DNA of 64,000 nt from positions 640,001 through 704,000 of the forward strand of contig CAWGTN010000002.1 of assembly GCA_963825525.1 (NCBI GenBank). Direction: 5' to 3'. Below are positions 27,751 to 38,668 of the stretch, in pieces. How positions within the stretch are numbered: position 1 is the stretch's first letter; every line of letters begins with the position of its first letter. This stretch comes from an uncultured Chloroflexia bacterium (GTDB taxonomy: Bacteria; Chloroflexota; Limnocylindria; QHBO01). The position numbers and the translations under genes are program-made. A model generated the notes under the pieces. It ran no database searches. It saw only the letters and a list, made by a program, of their open reading frames with translations, and had not been told where the DNA came from.

Positions 27751-30514
27751 TCAGCCATCCGACGTCACTAGGGTGCGGGAGCGCGTCGGTACCGGGACGC
27801 CTCCGCCGCCGCCGCCTCCGCCGCCTCCGCCTCCGCCGCCGCCTCCGCCGCCTCCGCCGCCACCGCTCGGCTTGGGGGTCGGCTCGGCGCTCGGCTCGGC
27901 CGATGACGATGGGCTGGGCCGCGGGGTGGCCACGCGCTCACCGCACACCGAGGGGAAGCCTGACTCGCCGTAGATGGGTGCGATCTGGAACAGGACGCGC
28001 TCGTCATCGGCGTACGTGGACGGGTCACCTCGGGCTCCGGTCTGTCCGTTGACGACGCGATCTGCCCAGGTGTCTGCCCCTTCGATCCAGTTCTGCGGAC
28101 GGTCCGGCGTGGCCTGGCCCAAGTACTGCTCGAGGTCCAGGCAGCCCTTGGTGTGCAGGTTGTCGAGGCCAGGCACCGTTCCTTCGAGGAACGGAAGGGT
28201 GATGATCTTCCCGCACGAGTTCGTGGCCGCCAAGCCGGTCCAGCGACAGACGGGCGCCGTGACGATGCCATCCGGCTGCGGGAAGCTGGTCTGCGGGACG
28301 GGAGCCTGGCCGTTCCAGTCCCACGGGTTGTTGAGCGCAAGGTCCATGAACTCGTGCCACAGGAAGAGCGGTCCATCGGCGCTGAAGAGGCCGCCGGAGA
28401 ACTCGTTCGAAAGCGACTCCTGGTTGTTATTGCCCATCCAGACGCCCGACAGCGAGGCTGCCGGGAATGTATCCGAAGCCGGAGACGTCTCGGAAGTCGT
28501 TCGTGGTCCCGGTCTTGAAGCCGGCCGGGCGGCGCTGGCCGTCCGGCGTGATGAGCTGCGCGCGCTCGCCCCACAGCAGGTTCCGGGCGGGGTCGGTATT
28601 GCCCTCGAGGATGTAATGCGGCAGATATGCCTCGGCCGGGGTCATCGGATTCGTGACTGTTGGACCGTTGTCCTCGCGGGTGTAGATCACGCGATTGTCG
28701 CGGTCGCGAATCTCGATGATCGTCGTGGCCGGGTTGAGCTGGCCCTCCTGCGCGAAGGTCGTGTATGCCTGCGTCATGTTCGTCAGGTTGACCGGCACGG
28801 AGCCCAGCGCCAGGGAGAGGCCGGGATCCTGGTCCATGATGTACTCGGCGCTGGCGATGCCCAGCTACTCGCTGAACTCGGCCGTGGTCTGCGACCCGAC
28901 CAGGTACTGCATCATCACTGACGGGATGTTGAGGGAGTAGCGCAGGGCGTCCAGCGCGAGCACCGGACCGTGCTCCTTGATGTCGGCGTTCGTCGGCCGG
29001 TAGGACGTCTCCTCGGTCAGCCCGAACTGGGTCATGGAGTCGACGAACATCGTGGCCACGGTGGCGTCACGTGACTGGAATGCCGAGGCGTACGTGATCG
29101 GCTTGAAGGCTGATCCCGGCTGGCGTCGGCCGAGCCCGGCCACGTCGAACTGGCCCTGGACCCGCGGATCCTCGCGATTTCGATAGTCGACGCTGCCCAC
29201 GTACGAGACGATCTCGCCGGTGGCCGAATCGATGGCAACCAGCGCCGAGTTGTTCACGTTGAAGCCGGCCAAGGTCTCCACCCACTTCGCCACCAGCCGC
29301 TTCGCCTCCTGCTGGAGCGGCAGGTCGAGGGTCGTCTTGATTCGATACCCGCCGGTGAGAACCTCGAGCGCAGGATCCGTCACACCGGGCAGGGTGCCAA
29401 TGATGCGCTCGGCCTCCTTGCGCACCCGGAAGCTGAAATGCGGCTCGCGCAGGAGGCTCGTGAGACGGCTCGGGTTCATCTCGACCCACGAGGTGTTGCG
29501 CGCGACGCGCGCCTCGGCCGCCGTGATGTAGCCCTCCTCGACCATCGCTCCAAGGACGAGGTTGCGCTCGCGGAGCGCATCGGCTGCCCCCGCCTCGGGG
29601 TCATCAAGGGTGGAGTTCGGGTTCTGGTAGGGGTCGAGGAATGACGGCGCCTGCGGCAGAGCGGCGAGGAAGGCGGCCTGAGCGACCGTCATCTGCTCGA
29701 GGTCCTGGAGCCCGAAGTAGTTCGCGGCGGCGGCCTTGATGCCGTACGAGCCATTCCCGTAGTAGATGAGGTTCAGGTATGTCTCGAGGATCTTCTCCTT
29801 GCCCTCACGGCCCGGATACGCCGCGGTGACCTGCATCGCCAAGATGTTCTCGCGAATCTTGTCCTCGATGGCGGTCGAGTTATTGGGCTCGGGCGGCTGG
29901 CAGACATCGGTCTCCTCCTCGGCCGGATCCTCCTCGGTCACCGGAGCATCGGGATCGATCTCGCCGACGCTGGCCTCAGGTGTCGCGCTGGGGTCGACCT
30001 GGTTGACACCCTCCTCCTTCAGGACGCGGGCGTAGTCGATGACCTGCTGGGTGATGGTCGATGCGCCCTGCACGATCCGTCCCTCCTCGAGGTTGCGGAG
30101 CGCGGCGCGGACAATGCCCTGGAAGTCGACCCCGTTGTTGTCCCAGAACGTTCGGTCCTCGCTGGCGACGGTCGCCTGCCAGATGTGGTCGGGCAGGGTG
30201 GCGAACGTGACGGCCTCTCGGTTCTGGCACTCGAAGCGTGCCAGCAGCTCGTTGCCGGTGCGGTCGTAGACGTAGGTCGACTGCTGGGGCTCGATGCCAT
30301 CCAGGACATTCGGGGCGGGGAGGTCCGACGCGAAGTAGTTGTAGGCGGCCAGCATGCCACCCGCCGTGCCGAGGATCGATCCGGTGAACATCAGCCCGAA
30401 CACGCCGAGCGTGACGAGCATGAAGGTTGCAAGCCCACGGCGCTGCCCGCCGCGTCGCGTGGTGCGGCGCGTCATCATCAGATGACGTCGGCGCCGCTGG
30501 AGAGCCGGATGCAT
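27751..30514 (-). pseudogene. Class A penicillin-binding protein (PBP1A), in-frame TAG at 28865-28867 and frameshift ~28446
   Basis: SEDRTF, GASTITQQ, QPGSAFKP, SLN, KTGT motifs across three ORFs. Confidence 0.85.
27800..27865 (-). repeat. GGC/GGA trinucleotide run encoding poly-Gly tail of PBP
   Basis: About 22 consecutive Gly codons. Confidence 0.9.
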
Positions 30515-30561
30515 CGGGCGAAGGGTACCAGTCGTGCGGGGCGCGGTCGAATGCGCGCCGC

Positions 30562-31200
30562 TCAGCGGATGACGCGAAGGACTCGTTCGTCGAGCAGCAT
30601 GATCAGGACGGCGCCACCGACCAGGAATGGCCCGAACGGGATGTACGTGCGCAGCCCCACCCGACGGGTGGCCAGCAGCACCAGGCTGGTTCCTGCCGAC
30701 AGAAATGCGGCGGCGAACAGGGCGCTGAAGATCGACGGCCAGCCGAGCATGAGCCCGATGGGCGCCACCAGGTACAGGTCACCGAGCGCAAGCCCCCCGC
30801 GGACGATGAGCGCCAACGCCCCGAGGAACCCCACGGCGGCCGCCGCACCGACCAGCGCCATCACGGGGTCGACCGCCGGATTGAACGGCACGAAGGCGAA
30901 GCCCAACAGGATGAGCGGATCCAGGACGAGATGCGGGAGGCGCCGCTGCTCGAGATCCGTGGCCGTCAGGACGAGCAGCAGGCCGAGGAGGACGAGGTAG
31001 GCTGCGGTGGCCCACCACGGCAGCGCGGAACGTCCCGCGATTCCGGCCGCCACCAGTCCACTCACCAGCGCCAGCACGACGGTGCGCCAGCCAGGCGACC
31101 GCCGCCGCGCTTCGTCACTCGGCCACACGCTGGCGAGGCGTTCGGCCAGCGCACCGGCAACCGCAAAGGCCGCCCCGATGCCGATGATCGCCGGATTCAC
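30562..31200 (-). CDS. A24 prepilin peptidase
   Basis: ATDLEQRRLP, ALGDLYL, IPFGPFL; multi-TM. Confidence 0.85.
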   Translation of the reverse strand: MNPAIIGIGAAFAVAGALAERLASVWPSDEARRRSPGWRTVVLALVSGLVAAGIAGRSALPWWATAAYLVLLGLLLVLTATDLEQRRLPHLVLDPLILLGFAFVPFNPAVDPVMALVGAAAAVGFLGALALIVRGGLALGDLYLVAPIGLMLGWPSIFSALFAAAFLSAGTSLVLLATRRVGLRTYIPFGPFLVGGAVLIMLLDERVLRVIR

Positions 31201-31321
31201 GCTCGTCTTCGCCCTCGCTGCGTTCGGTGGCCACGCGCCCGGTGCGTCGCGGCACCGCCCATCGTACGAGCCATGCGGGGGGCGGCCATAGCCCGATCGT
31301 CCACCTCGCACAGCGCGAATC

Positions 31322-31337
31322 TGGCACGCCGGATGCG
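31322..31337 (+). promoter_or_regulatory. sigma54-type -24/-12 promoter (TGGCACGCCGGATGCG)
   Basis: GG-N10-GC; shares TGGCACGCCGG with the topIB promoter. Confidence 0.65.
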
Positions 31338-31389
31338 ATGCGTTGCTGCGCCGGCACAGGCCGGCTCACCGCATGGGAGGAACACCATC

Positions 31390-31575
31390 GTGGACAGTGA
31401 CCGCGTCGAGGGCCCCCTCAAGGAGGCCGGAGGCAAGATCAAGGAAGAGTTCGGCGACCTCACCGACAATGCCGACACCGAGGCCGAGGGCAAGGCCGAC
31501 CAGGTCGAAGGCAAGGTCCAGAACGAGTGGGGCGAAGCCAAGGACGACGTGCGCGACGCGACCGACGATCGCTGA
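31390..31575 (+). CDS. csbD: CsbD family general stress protein
   Basis: DRVEG..KEAGGKIKEEFGDLTD...EGKADQVEGKVQ; RBS GGGAGG, GTG start. Confidence 0.9.
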   Translation: MDSDRVEGPLKEAGGKIKEEFGDLTDNADTEAEGKADQVEGKVQNEWGEAKDDVRDATDDR

Positions 31576-31585
31576 GCAGCCGATG

Positions 31586-31617
31586 ACGAAGCCCCGGCCG
31601 CGCGGCCGGGGCTTCGT
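31586..31617. terminator. Stem-loop between convergent csbD and pepA
   Basis: ACGAAGCCCCGGCC-gcgc-GGCCGGGGCTTCGT. Confidence 0.8.
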
Positions 31618-31635
31618 GCTCTCGTCATCCGGAGC

Positions 31636-33111
31636 TCAGCCCCCTTCGAAGGCGAGAGCCAGCGCAACGAGCGCGGCGACCCCCGAGCCGGTTGCTCCCT
31701 TCGGCCCGTAGGGCTTCTCCGTGCTCAGGTAGGCGGTCGACGCGATGTCGACGTGCACCCACGGGACGGTGACGAACTCGGAGAGGAAGACGGCGCTCTT
31801 GATGAGCGACCCGTCGCGACCGCCGGAGTTGACGATGTCGGCGTGGGGAGTGTCGTAGGCCGCCCGATACTCCGCGGCGAGCGGCATCTCCCAGAACCAC
31901 TCCCCCGCTCGCTCCGCCGCCGCCCCGATCCGCTCGCCCCATTCGCGGGGTCGGGCGAAGTAGGCACTGATGTGCTCTCCGAAAGCGATGGCCTGAGCGC
32001 CGGTCAGGGTCGCCACGTCCACGATGTGGGTCGCTCCCTGGCGCTCGGCCCAGGTCATGGCATCGGCGAGGATGAGGCGGCCCTCGGCGTCGGTGTTGGT
32101 GACCTCGACGGTCATGCCGTTCATCGCCTTCACGACGTCGCCGGGTCGTTGCGCGTTGCCGCCCGGCATGTTCTCGACCATCGGCGCCACGGCCATCAGC
32201 GGGGTCTCCGGCGCCAGGCGCGCCACGGTCCGAGCGGCCGCGATGACTGCCGCGGCACCGGACTTGTCGTGCTTCATGTCCCCCATGTTCTCGGCCGGCT
32301 TGATGCTGATGCCGCCGGAATCGAAGCACACGCCCTTGCCGACGATCGCCAGCCGCTCGCCACTCGCGGCGGCTTCCCAGCCCGGCAGCTTGATCGCGAT
32401 GAGGCGCGGCCCGTGGGTGGCGCCCTGCCCGACGCCGAGGATCAGGTTCATCCCCAGCTTCGCCATCTCGTCGGGATCCAGGATCTCGACCGTGCACCCA
32501 TCGGCCTCGAGGGCACGCGCCTCCTCGGCCATGCGCTCGGGGTAGAGGTCGTTCGCCGCGCGGTTGGCGAGGTCGCGGCCGAATGCCACACCGGCACCGA
32601 TCTCGGCCCCGCGGTCCAGGGCTTCCTGGGAGCCGGCGCCGACGCACAGGACCTCCTCCACCGAGCGCTTCATGGCGTCGGTGTCCCGCACCCGCCCATA
32701 GACGTCGGTGGAGCGGTAGGTACCGGCCACGGCACCGGCCGCGGCCGCCGCCCACGCGTCATCATCCTCGCCGTCGCGCAGCCAGAGCGCCAGGATCCGC
32801 GCCGCGCGGCCATTCAGCCGTCGCGTGGCCGCCGCCGCCATGCGTCGCGCTCGCCACGGCCCGCGCCCGCGAGATCCCGCGTTGATCAGAAGCAGGTGGT
32901 CGACTGACAGGTCGCCGGCGTCGACCAGGGCCACGGGGTGCTCGATGGGGTTGAACTCACCCCAGCTGATGGCGCGCGAGATGGCGCCGCCGGAGGCCGT
33001 GTCGAGCTCAGCCAGGTCCGCGGCCATGTCCGTGTCCTCTCGGTAGATCGGGACAGCCAGGACGTCTGCCTCGACCGAGGCGGGCGGGCCGGAAATTGCG
33101 CGCAGCCGCAT
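31636..33111 (-). CDS. pepA: Leucyl aminopeptidase (M17)
   Basis: VGKGVCFDSGG, MKHDKSG, NTDAEGRL, ATLTGA. Confidence 0.95.
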   Translation of the reverse strand: MRLRAISGPPASVEADVLAVPIYREDTDMAADLAELDTASGGAISRAISWGEFNPIEHPVALVDAGDLSVDHLLLINAGSRGRGPWRARRMAAAATRRLNGRAARILALWLRDGEDDDAWAAAAAGAVAGTYRSTDVYGRVRDTDAMKRSVEEVLCVGAGSQEALDRGAEIGAGVAFGRDLANRAANDLYPERMAEEARALEADGCTVEILDPDEMAKLGMNLILGVGQGATHGPRLIAIKLPGWEAAASGERLAIVGKGVCFDSGGISIKPAENMGDMKHDKSGAAAVIAAARTVARLAPETPLMAVAPMVENMPGGNAQRPGDVVKAMNGMTVEVTNTDAEGRLILADAMTWAERQGATHIVDVATLTGAQAIAFGEHISAYFARPREWGERIGAAAERAGEWFWEMPLAAEYRAAYDTPHADIVNSGGRDGSLIKSAVFLSEFVTVPWVHVDIASTAYLSTEKPYGPKGATGSGVAALVALALAFEGG

Positions 33112-33164
33112 GCTGGTAGTGCTCCTCTAGAGTCTTCACTCGGGTGGCGCCGAGTATAGGTCGC

Positions 33165-34547
33165 CTATCGGCAGTCGGAGATGCGTGCGGAGAACATCGT
33201 GAATCTGCTCCCGGGCGGTACCGTCGTGCCGGCCGCAGGTTCCTGGCCGATGATCCCTTCCGGCCGGTCGGGATCTTCGGCACACTGGACGGTCCAGTTC
33301 AGCCCCGCTTGCTGCGCGGCCGCAATGGCGTCCGGGGTCGAGCGGCCGACGAGATCCGGCACCGTGACGCGCCCGGGCACCGCCGACGCCGTGGGCTGCG
33401 CGGACGCGCTCGGGGAGCCGTCACTCCCGCCATTCCCCTGCCCGATGAGCAGCTGAGCCACCAGCACCAGCACGACAGCCACAGCCGCAAGAATCACCAG
33501 GCTGCCGGCGCTCCGGGCCAGCCACGGACGCCGGCCGGGGCTCCCACCACGACGAGGGCGCGGCGCCGATGCGACCGACCGTGGTCGGGGCACGGGCGGC
33601 TCGGGCGGTGCCGCCGGTGGCACGTACCCGGCCCCCATGGCCGGTCGAGGCGCCCGGAGCTCGGCCCGGGCGATGACCCGGGTCTCATCGGCCTCGTTTG
33701 CGGGCGCCGACGGTGTCGGGACCTGCTCAACCACGGACTCGAGCGCTCGGTCCATGGCTTCAGCCGACCCGAAGCGCGAGGCTGGTTCCCGGCGCAGTGC
33801 CTGAAGAATGGCGTCGTCCAGGCGTCCGGGCAGGCCGCCGACAAGCTCGGACGGGCGCTGGACCGCTCCGGCAAGGTGGGCGGCGTCGATCTCCTCCGGA
33901 GTTCGGCCGACGTAGGGCTGGCGACCCGTGAGCGCCTCGTACAGAACCACCCCCAGGCTGAACAGGTCGCTCGCCCCCGTGAGCGCCTCGCCATGAAGTT
34001 GCTCCGGCGACATGTAGGGCAACGATCCGATGCTCGTGTCGCCGGCGAGTGCCTGGTTCGGCGGACGCGCGATGCCGAAGTCGATGAGCTTGGCGGGACC
34101 GGGGCCCAACATCACGTTCCCCGACTTCACGTCGCAATGGACCAGGCCGCGAGCGTGCACCACGCGCAATCCGGCCAGGAGCTCTCGGCCGATGGCCAGG
34201 ACGCGTTCAGCCGGCAGCGGCCCGTCGGACTCGAGCAGCTCTTTCAGCGAGCGGTGCTGATCCAGGAGCTCCATGACGATGTAGTGGGCATCGCCGTCGG
34301 ATCCGGAGTCGTAGACGTGGACCAGGCTGGGGTGCGAGAGCGATCCTGCGGCCCGTGCCTCCGCCAGGAACTGGTCGACAAAGGCAGGGTCGTCCGCGTA
34401 CGGGGGCGAAAGGACCTTGACCGCGACGTCGCGCTCGAGGCGCTCGTCCCGCGCACGGAAGACGCGCGCCATGCCACCCCGTGCCAGCGGGGCGACGATC
34501 CGATAGCGGTCCGCCAGGATGCGGCCGTCGAGCGCCTCGCCGTTCAT
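33165..34547 (-). CDS. Hanks-type Ser/Thr kinase with TM and PASTA domain
   Basis: RGGMARV, VAVK, HCDVKSGN, DFG, YMSPEQ, TM, VPDLVG PASTA. Confidence 0.92.
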   Translation of the reverse strand: MNGEALDGRILADRYRIVAPLARGGMARVFRARDERLERDVAVKVLSPPYADDPAFVDQFLAEARAAGSLSHPSLVHVYDSGSDGDAHYIVMELLDQHRSLKELLESDGPLPAERVLAIGRELLAGLRVVHARGLVHCDVKSGNVMLGPGPAKLIDFGIARPPNQALAGDTSIGSLPYMSPEQLHGEALTGASDLFSLGVVLYEALTGRQPYVGRTPEEIDAAHLAGAVQRPSELVGGLPGRLDDAILQALRREPASRFGSAEAMDRALESVVEQVPTPSAPANEADETRVIARAELRAPRPAMGAGYVPPAAPPEPPVPRPRSVASAPRPRRGGSPGRRPWLARSAGSLVILAAVAVVLVLVAQLLIGQGNGGSDGSPSASAQPTASAVPGRVTVPDLVGRSTPDAIAAAQQAGLNWTVQCAEDPDRPEGIIGQEPAAGTTVPPGSRFTMFSARISDCR

Positions 34548-35398
34548 TCGGCCGCGGCCGCGATGCGAGCGTCCTGGATGTCGGCGAGCGCTGAGGCGAG
34601 TCGTTCCAGTGGCGGGGCGAGCACCGACGAACCGCCTTCTCCCATGGCGATGCGAAGCGCACGGTCGGCGCGCGCGGCATCGGCCCCGAGCGCGGCGAAC
34701 TCCTCGGCGGCGAGCTCGGCGGCGGCCGCGTCCCCCTGGCGAACGGCGTCCACGATGTGCTGCACGGCGCTGATCATGGCATCGGTGGTCTCGAGCCACA
34801 CGGGCAGGGTGACGAGATCAACATCCCAGGCCGCAATCGTCGCGTGATCGGAGCGTGCCCGAGCCACGAGTGCCGAACCACCCTCCACGTCCCCATCCGC
34901 GAGGGCCGCGAGCGCCTCATCGAGGATGGTCGGGATCCCGGTCGCGATCTGGCGCATGGCGGCGAAGGCGTCAGCGGCGTCGGCCGACGCACGCATCTGG
35001 GCCGCGATCGACTCCAGCTCACCGACCGCGGTCGGATACGCGGGGAGCGGCCCTCCCGGACGGCGGGCGTCCGATGCGGCAGCGAGGTCGGCCACCGCGC
35101 TGCGAGCTGCCTGCACGCCGTTCTCGGCCTCCGCCGTCAGCTCGGCGGCGGCGTGGACATGGGTCGAGGGAGCCTCGTCACCCGCCACCACGGCCGCCCC
35201 CGCCCGACGAGCCTCATCGAGCGCGATGGTGACCGCGTCCTCGAGCGCGGCGATCTGCTCCTCGGCGTGCGCTGCCCGAACGGCGACAAGCCTGTCGGAA
35301 ACCGCGGCGAGCCCCGGATCGGCGCCGCGCGGTGACAGGGCCACGATCAGGGCCGTGACGGCCAGCGCGACCACCGGGCGCCGTCCCGTTCGTATCAT
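34544..35398 (-). CDS. Hypothetical Ala-rich helical exported protein
   Basis: Signal-like N-terminus; ATGA overlap with kinase. Confidence 0.65.
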   Translation of the reverse strand: MIRTGRRPVVALAVTALIVALSPRGADPGLAAVSDRLVAVRAAHAEEQIAALEDAVTIALDEARRAGAAVVAGDEAPSTHVHAAAELTAEAENGVQAARSAVADLAAASDARRPGGPLPAYPTAVGELESIAAQMRASADAADAFAAMRQIATGIPTILDEALAALADGDVEGGSALVARARSDHATIAAWDVDLVTLPVWLETTDAMISAVQHIVDAVRQGDAAAAELAAEEFAALGADAARADRALRIAMGEGGSSVLAPPLERLASALADIQDARIAAAAE

Positions 35399-35404
35399 GG
35401 GCGG

Positions 35405-36445
35405 ATGTACACGGCCGACGAACTCCGGTCACTGCCCAAGGCGGAGCTGCACCAGCACCTCGACGGATCGATGCGCCCGGAGACCGCTGCCGAGCTGGCG
35501 AACGAGCTCGGTATCGACCTGACCGTGGACGATGCGCGGCGCCGCATGGCCGCGCCCGAGCGCTGCGCGAGCCAGGCGGAGTTGCTGACGTATTTCGACC
35601 TGCCGATCTCGCTGCTGCAGACGGAGCGCGCCCTCGAACGGACCAGTGCCGAACTGGTCGAGGATCTCGCGACCGACGGCATCCGGTACGCGGAGATTCG
35701 ATGGGCGCCGCGACTGCATCTCGATGAGGGCCTGGGGGTCCGTGCCGTCCTCGATGCGGTGGGTGCGGGAGTTGCCCGCGGCATCCGGAACGCCGGCGCC
35801 GAGGCACCCGAGATCGGGCTGATCGTGACCGCCATGCGTTCCCACCCGCCCGCGGCGAACGTGGAGCTGGCCCGCACGGCGGGCGCGGCTGGGGCTCCCA
35901 TCGTCGGGTTCGATCTGGCGGGACCGGAGGAAGCCTGGCCGGCCCCGCCCCACGCTGCGGCCTTCGTTGCCGCGCGGGATGCGGGCTTGAGCCTCACCGC
36001 CCACGCCGGCGAGGTGGCGGGCGCGCAGCGTGTCCGCGAGGTCCTGGACTTCGGTGTTCGCCGCGTCGCCCACGGGGTCACGGCCGCCGGCGATGACACG
36101 CTGCTCCAGCTGCTGCGGGCGCGCGACATCACGCTCGATCTGTGTCCCACCTCGAACGTCCAGGCCGGTGTCGTGGCATCGCTGGCTGACCACCCGCTGG
36201 CAGCGCTCCATCGGGCCGGCGTCAGTGTCACGATCTCCACCGACGACCGCACGGTCACCGGCACCACGCTCAGCGACGAGATCGCGCGTACCGCGGGCGC
36301 GCTGGGGATGTCGCGGGCCGAGGTGGCGGCGGTCGCCCTCAATGCCTTCGCGCGTGCCTTCGGTCCGTCGTCGGCCCTTGCGCCACTCCGAGCCGACGCG
36401 GCGCGAGCGTGGGACACCTGGCGCTCGGTGGGTGACATCAGCTGA
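35405..36445 (+). CDS. add: Adenosine deaminase
   Basis: PKAELHQHLDGS, DLAGPE, HAGE, CPTSN, STDD. Confidence 0.92.
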   Translation: MYTADELRSLPKAELHQHLDGSMRPETAAELANELGIDLTVDDARRRMAAPERCASQAELLTYFDLPISLLQTERALERTSAELVEDLATDGIRYAEIRWAPRLHLDEGLGVRAVLDAVGAGVARGIRNAGAEAPEIGLIVTAMRSHPPAANVELARTAGAAGAPIVGFDLAGPEEAWPAPPHAAAFVAARDAGLSLTAHAGEVAGAQRVREVLDFGVRRVAHGVTAAGDDTLLQLLRARDITLDLCPTSNVQAGVVASLADHPLAALHRAGVSVTISTDDRTVTGTTLSDEIARTAGALGMSRAEVAAVALNAFARAFGPSSALAPLRADAARAWDTWRSVGDIS

Positions 36446-37286
36446 GGCGCGACGCGAGCAGCTCGAGCACCGCCGCGGGATCGGCAGCAACGGCGTCCGG
36501 GCGTCGCTCGCCCGTCAACGCCCCCGCGCTCAGCGCATCGGCGACGCCGGTCAGCACCAGGATCGATCCACAGCCCGCTCGCCTGGCTCCCACGATGTCC
36601 GCGTCGGGGTTGTCACCGACGACCACCGCAGCATCGGCCGGGACACCGCTGGACTCGAGGATCGCCTCGAACATGGCCGGCGATGGTTTGCCGATGACCT
36701 GCGGAACCCTCCCGGTGGCGGTGGCCAGCGCCGCCACGATTGAGCCGGCGCCCGGCAGAAAGCCCTCGGCGGTTGGATAGCGCGCGTCCGCGTTCGTTGC
36801 GATGAGACGAGCCCCGTCGGCCACGGCTCGCATGGCAACGGCCAGCCGGCCGTAGTCGAGCTCCGGGTCGAGGCCAACGATCACGGCGTCGAACCGCTTG
36901 GTCAGGGGTCCTCCGGGCGCGGTCGGCTCCTCATCGGACGCCATGGTCACCGACAGGCCGGCGGTCATCAGCTCCTGTCGCATCCCGTCGGCTCCGATCA
37001 CCAGCACGCTCCGCACATCAGGCTCGTGCCGCCTGAGATGCTCGACGGTCGCCGATGTCGAGGTGACGATCTCCTCGGCGGTGGTCCGTATGCCCATGGC
37101 CGCGAGGCGTTCGACGTATCCCTCGCGGGCAACCATCGAGTTGTTCGTGGCAAAGCGCACCAGGACCCCGCGCCGATGCATCTCCGCCACCAGCTCCGAT
37201 GCGCCGGGCACCGGCTCCGCGCCGCGATAGATCACGCCATCGAGATCGAAGATCACCAGCCGAGCGATGTCGGGAAGCGGGCTCAT
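36438..37286 (-). CDS. HAD-IIA hydrolase (NagD-like)
   Basis: FDLDGV, TNNS, IGKPS, GDNPDADI. Confidence 0.92.
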   Translation of the reverse strand: MSPLPDIARLVIFDLDGVIYRGAEPVPGASELVAEMHRRGVLVRFATNNSMVAREGYVERLAAMGIRTTAEEIVTSTSATVEHLRRHEPDVRSVLVIGADGMRQELMTAGLSVTMASDEEPTAPGGPLTKRFDAVIVGLDPELDYGRLAVAMRAVADGARLIATNADARYPTAEGFLPGAGSIVAALATATGRVPQVIGKPSPAMFEAILESSGVPADAAVVVGDNPDADIVGARRAGCGSILVLTGVADALSAGALTGERRPDAVAADPAAVLELLASRLS

Positions 37287-37323
37287 GCCGCGCGATGATA
37301 CGTGCGCCGGTGCGACCTGGACC

Positions 37324-37352
37324 TTGAGCCTGCGTTGGGCAGGAAGTATGAT
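37324..37352 (+). promoter_or_regulatory. sigma70-type promoter of nucleoside ABC operon
   Basis: TTGAGC-N17-TATGAT. Confidence 0.65.
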
Positions 37353-37446
37353 GCCGCAGATTCTGCGCCAGGTGCCCATGGCCCGAGCGCACCGGAGGCG
37401 CCGCGCGATTTGCGGCAGTACGCACCAGTTGGTGTGGAGGAAACAG

Positions 37447-38583
37447 ATGCGGAAGTCCCCCAGCTCAATGATGGCCATCCTGGCCGTCCTGATGCTGATT
37501 CTTGCGGCCTGCACGGGTGGCGGCGAAAGCCCCTCAGCCAGCGCCGAGTCCCAGGCACCGGAGTCGACGGCTCCCCAGAGCGAGGCTCCGAGTGAAAGCG
37601 CGGCGCCCGAAGCCGATTACAAGGCCTGCATGGTGAGCGACACCGGCGGCATCGACGACAACAGCTTCAATGAGAATGCCTGGAAGGGCATGCAGGATGC
37701 GGAGGCCGATCTCGGCGTCGAGGTCAAGTTCCTCGAGTCCCGCAGCACCGAGGACTATGCCCGCAACATCGACCAGTTCGTCAGCGAAGACTGCGACCTG
37801 ATCGTGACGGTCGGCTTCCTCCTCGGCGACGCCACGGCAGCGGCCGCGGCCGCGAACCCCGACACGCGGTTCGCGATCGTCGACTTCGCCTACGACCCGG
37901 CGCTCCCGAACGTCGAGGGCCTCGTCTACAGCACCGCCGAGGGCGCAATGCTCGCCGGCTATGCCTCGGCCTCGTGGTCGAAGACCGGCATCGTCGGCAC
38001 CTTCGGCGGCATCAATATCGGCCCTGGCGTGACCGACTTCATGGACGGCTTCATCGCCGGCGTGAACTACTGGAACGAGCAGAAGGGCGAAGACGTCCGC
38101 GTGCTCGGTGGCCGCGTTCCGACCGATCCCGAGTCGGGCACCTTCACCGGTAACTTCGACAGCACCGACGATGCGAAGAACGTCACCATCGCCATGCTGC
38201 AGGAGGGCGCCGACGTGATCCTCCCGGTCGGTGGCCCGATCGGCGGCGGCACCTTCGCGGCGATCGAGGAGCAGGCAGCTGACGCGGTCGGCCTCGGCGT
38301 CGACGTGGACTGGACGGAGAGCGCTCCGCAGTTCACCGAGCTGCTGCTCACCAGCGTGATCAAGCGGATCGACAACTCCGTCTACCAGGCGATCGAGCGG
38401 GCACTGAACGGCGACGCACCGCAGCCGGTGTTCGTCAGCACGCTCGAGAACGAAGGCGTCGGGATCGCTCCGTTCCACGATTACGAGGACCAGATCGACC
38501 AGGAGGTCAAGGACGAGATCGCAGCCCTCTCGGAGGCGATCATCGCCGGCGACATCGTGCCGTCGGACTTCTACGGCGAATAG
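37447..38583 (+). CDS. BMP-family nucleoside-binding lipoprotein
   Basis: Lipobox LAA-C; GGIDDNSFN, GADVI, GVDVD. Confidence 0.93.
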   Translation: MRKSPSSMMAILAVLMLILAACTGGGESPSASAESQAPESTAPQSEAPSESAAPEADYKACMVSDTGGIDDNSFNENAWKGMQDAEADLGVEVKFLESRSTEDYARNIDQFVSEDCDLIVTVGFLLGDATAAAAAANPDTRFAIVDFAYDPALPNVEGLVYSTAEGAMLAGYASASWSKTGIVGTFGGINIGPGVTDFMDGFIAGVNYWNEQKGEDVRVLGGRVPTDPESGTFTGNFDSTDDAKNVTIAMLQEGADVILPVGGPIGGGTFAAIEEQAADAVGLGVDVDWTESAPQFTELLLTSVIKRIDNSVYQAIERALNGDAPQPVFVSTLENEGVGIAPFHDYEDQIDQEVKDEIAALSEAIIAGDIVPSDFYGE

Positions 38584-38612
38584 GGGAACCTGACCACAGG
38601 GTCAGCTAATGT

Positions 38613-38645
38613 GAACGGGCGGCGTCCACCAGGCGCCGCCCGTTC
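38613..38645 (+). terminator. Intra-operon stem-loop after BMP gene
   Basis: GAACGGGCGGCGT...GCGCCGCCCGTTC. Confidence 0.65.
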
Positions 38646-38668
38646 TGTACACCGGAGCAGGGATCCAC

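Noticed and set aside
28865-28867. Amber recoding (pyrrolysine or alternative code)
   Set aside because: TAG is a normal stop for many genes in the window, and a frameshift nearby points to sequence error
37350-37446. Canonical purine riboswitch upstream of the BMP operon
   Set aside because: Conserved purine-aptamer core sequences not found; kept only as an unexplained leader motif
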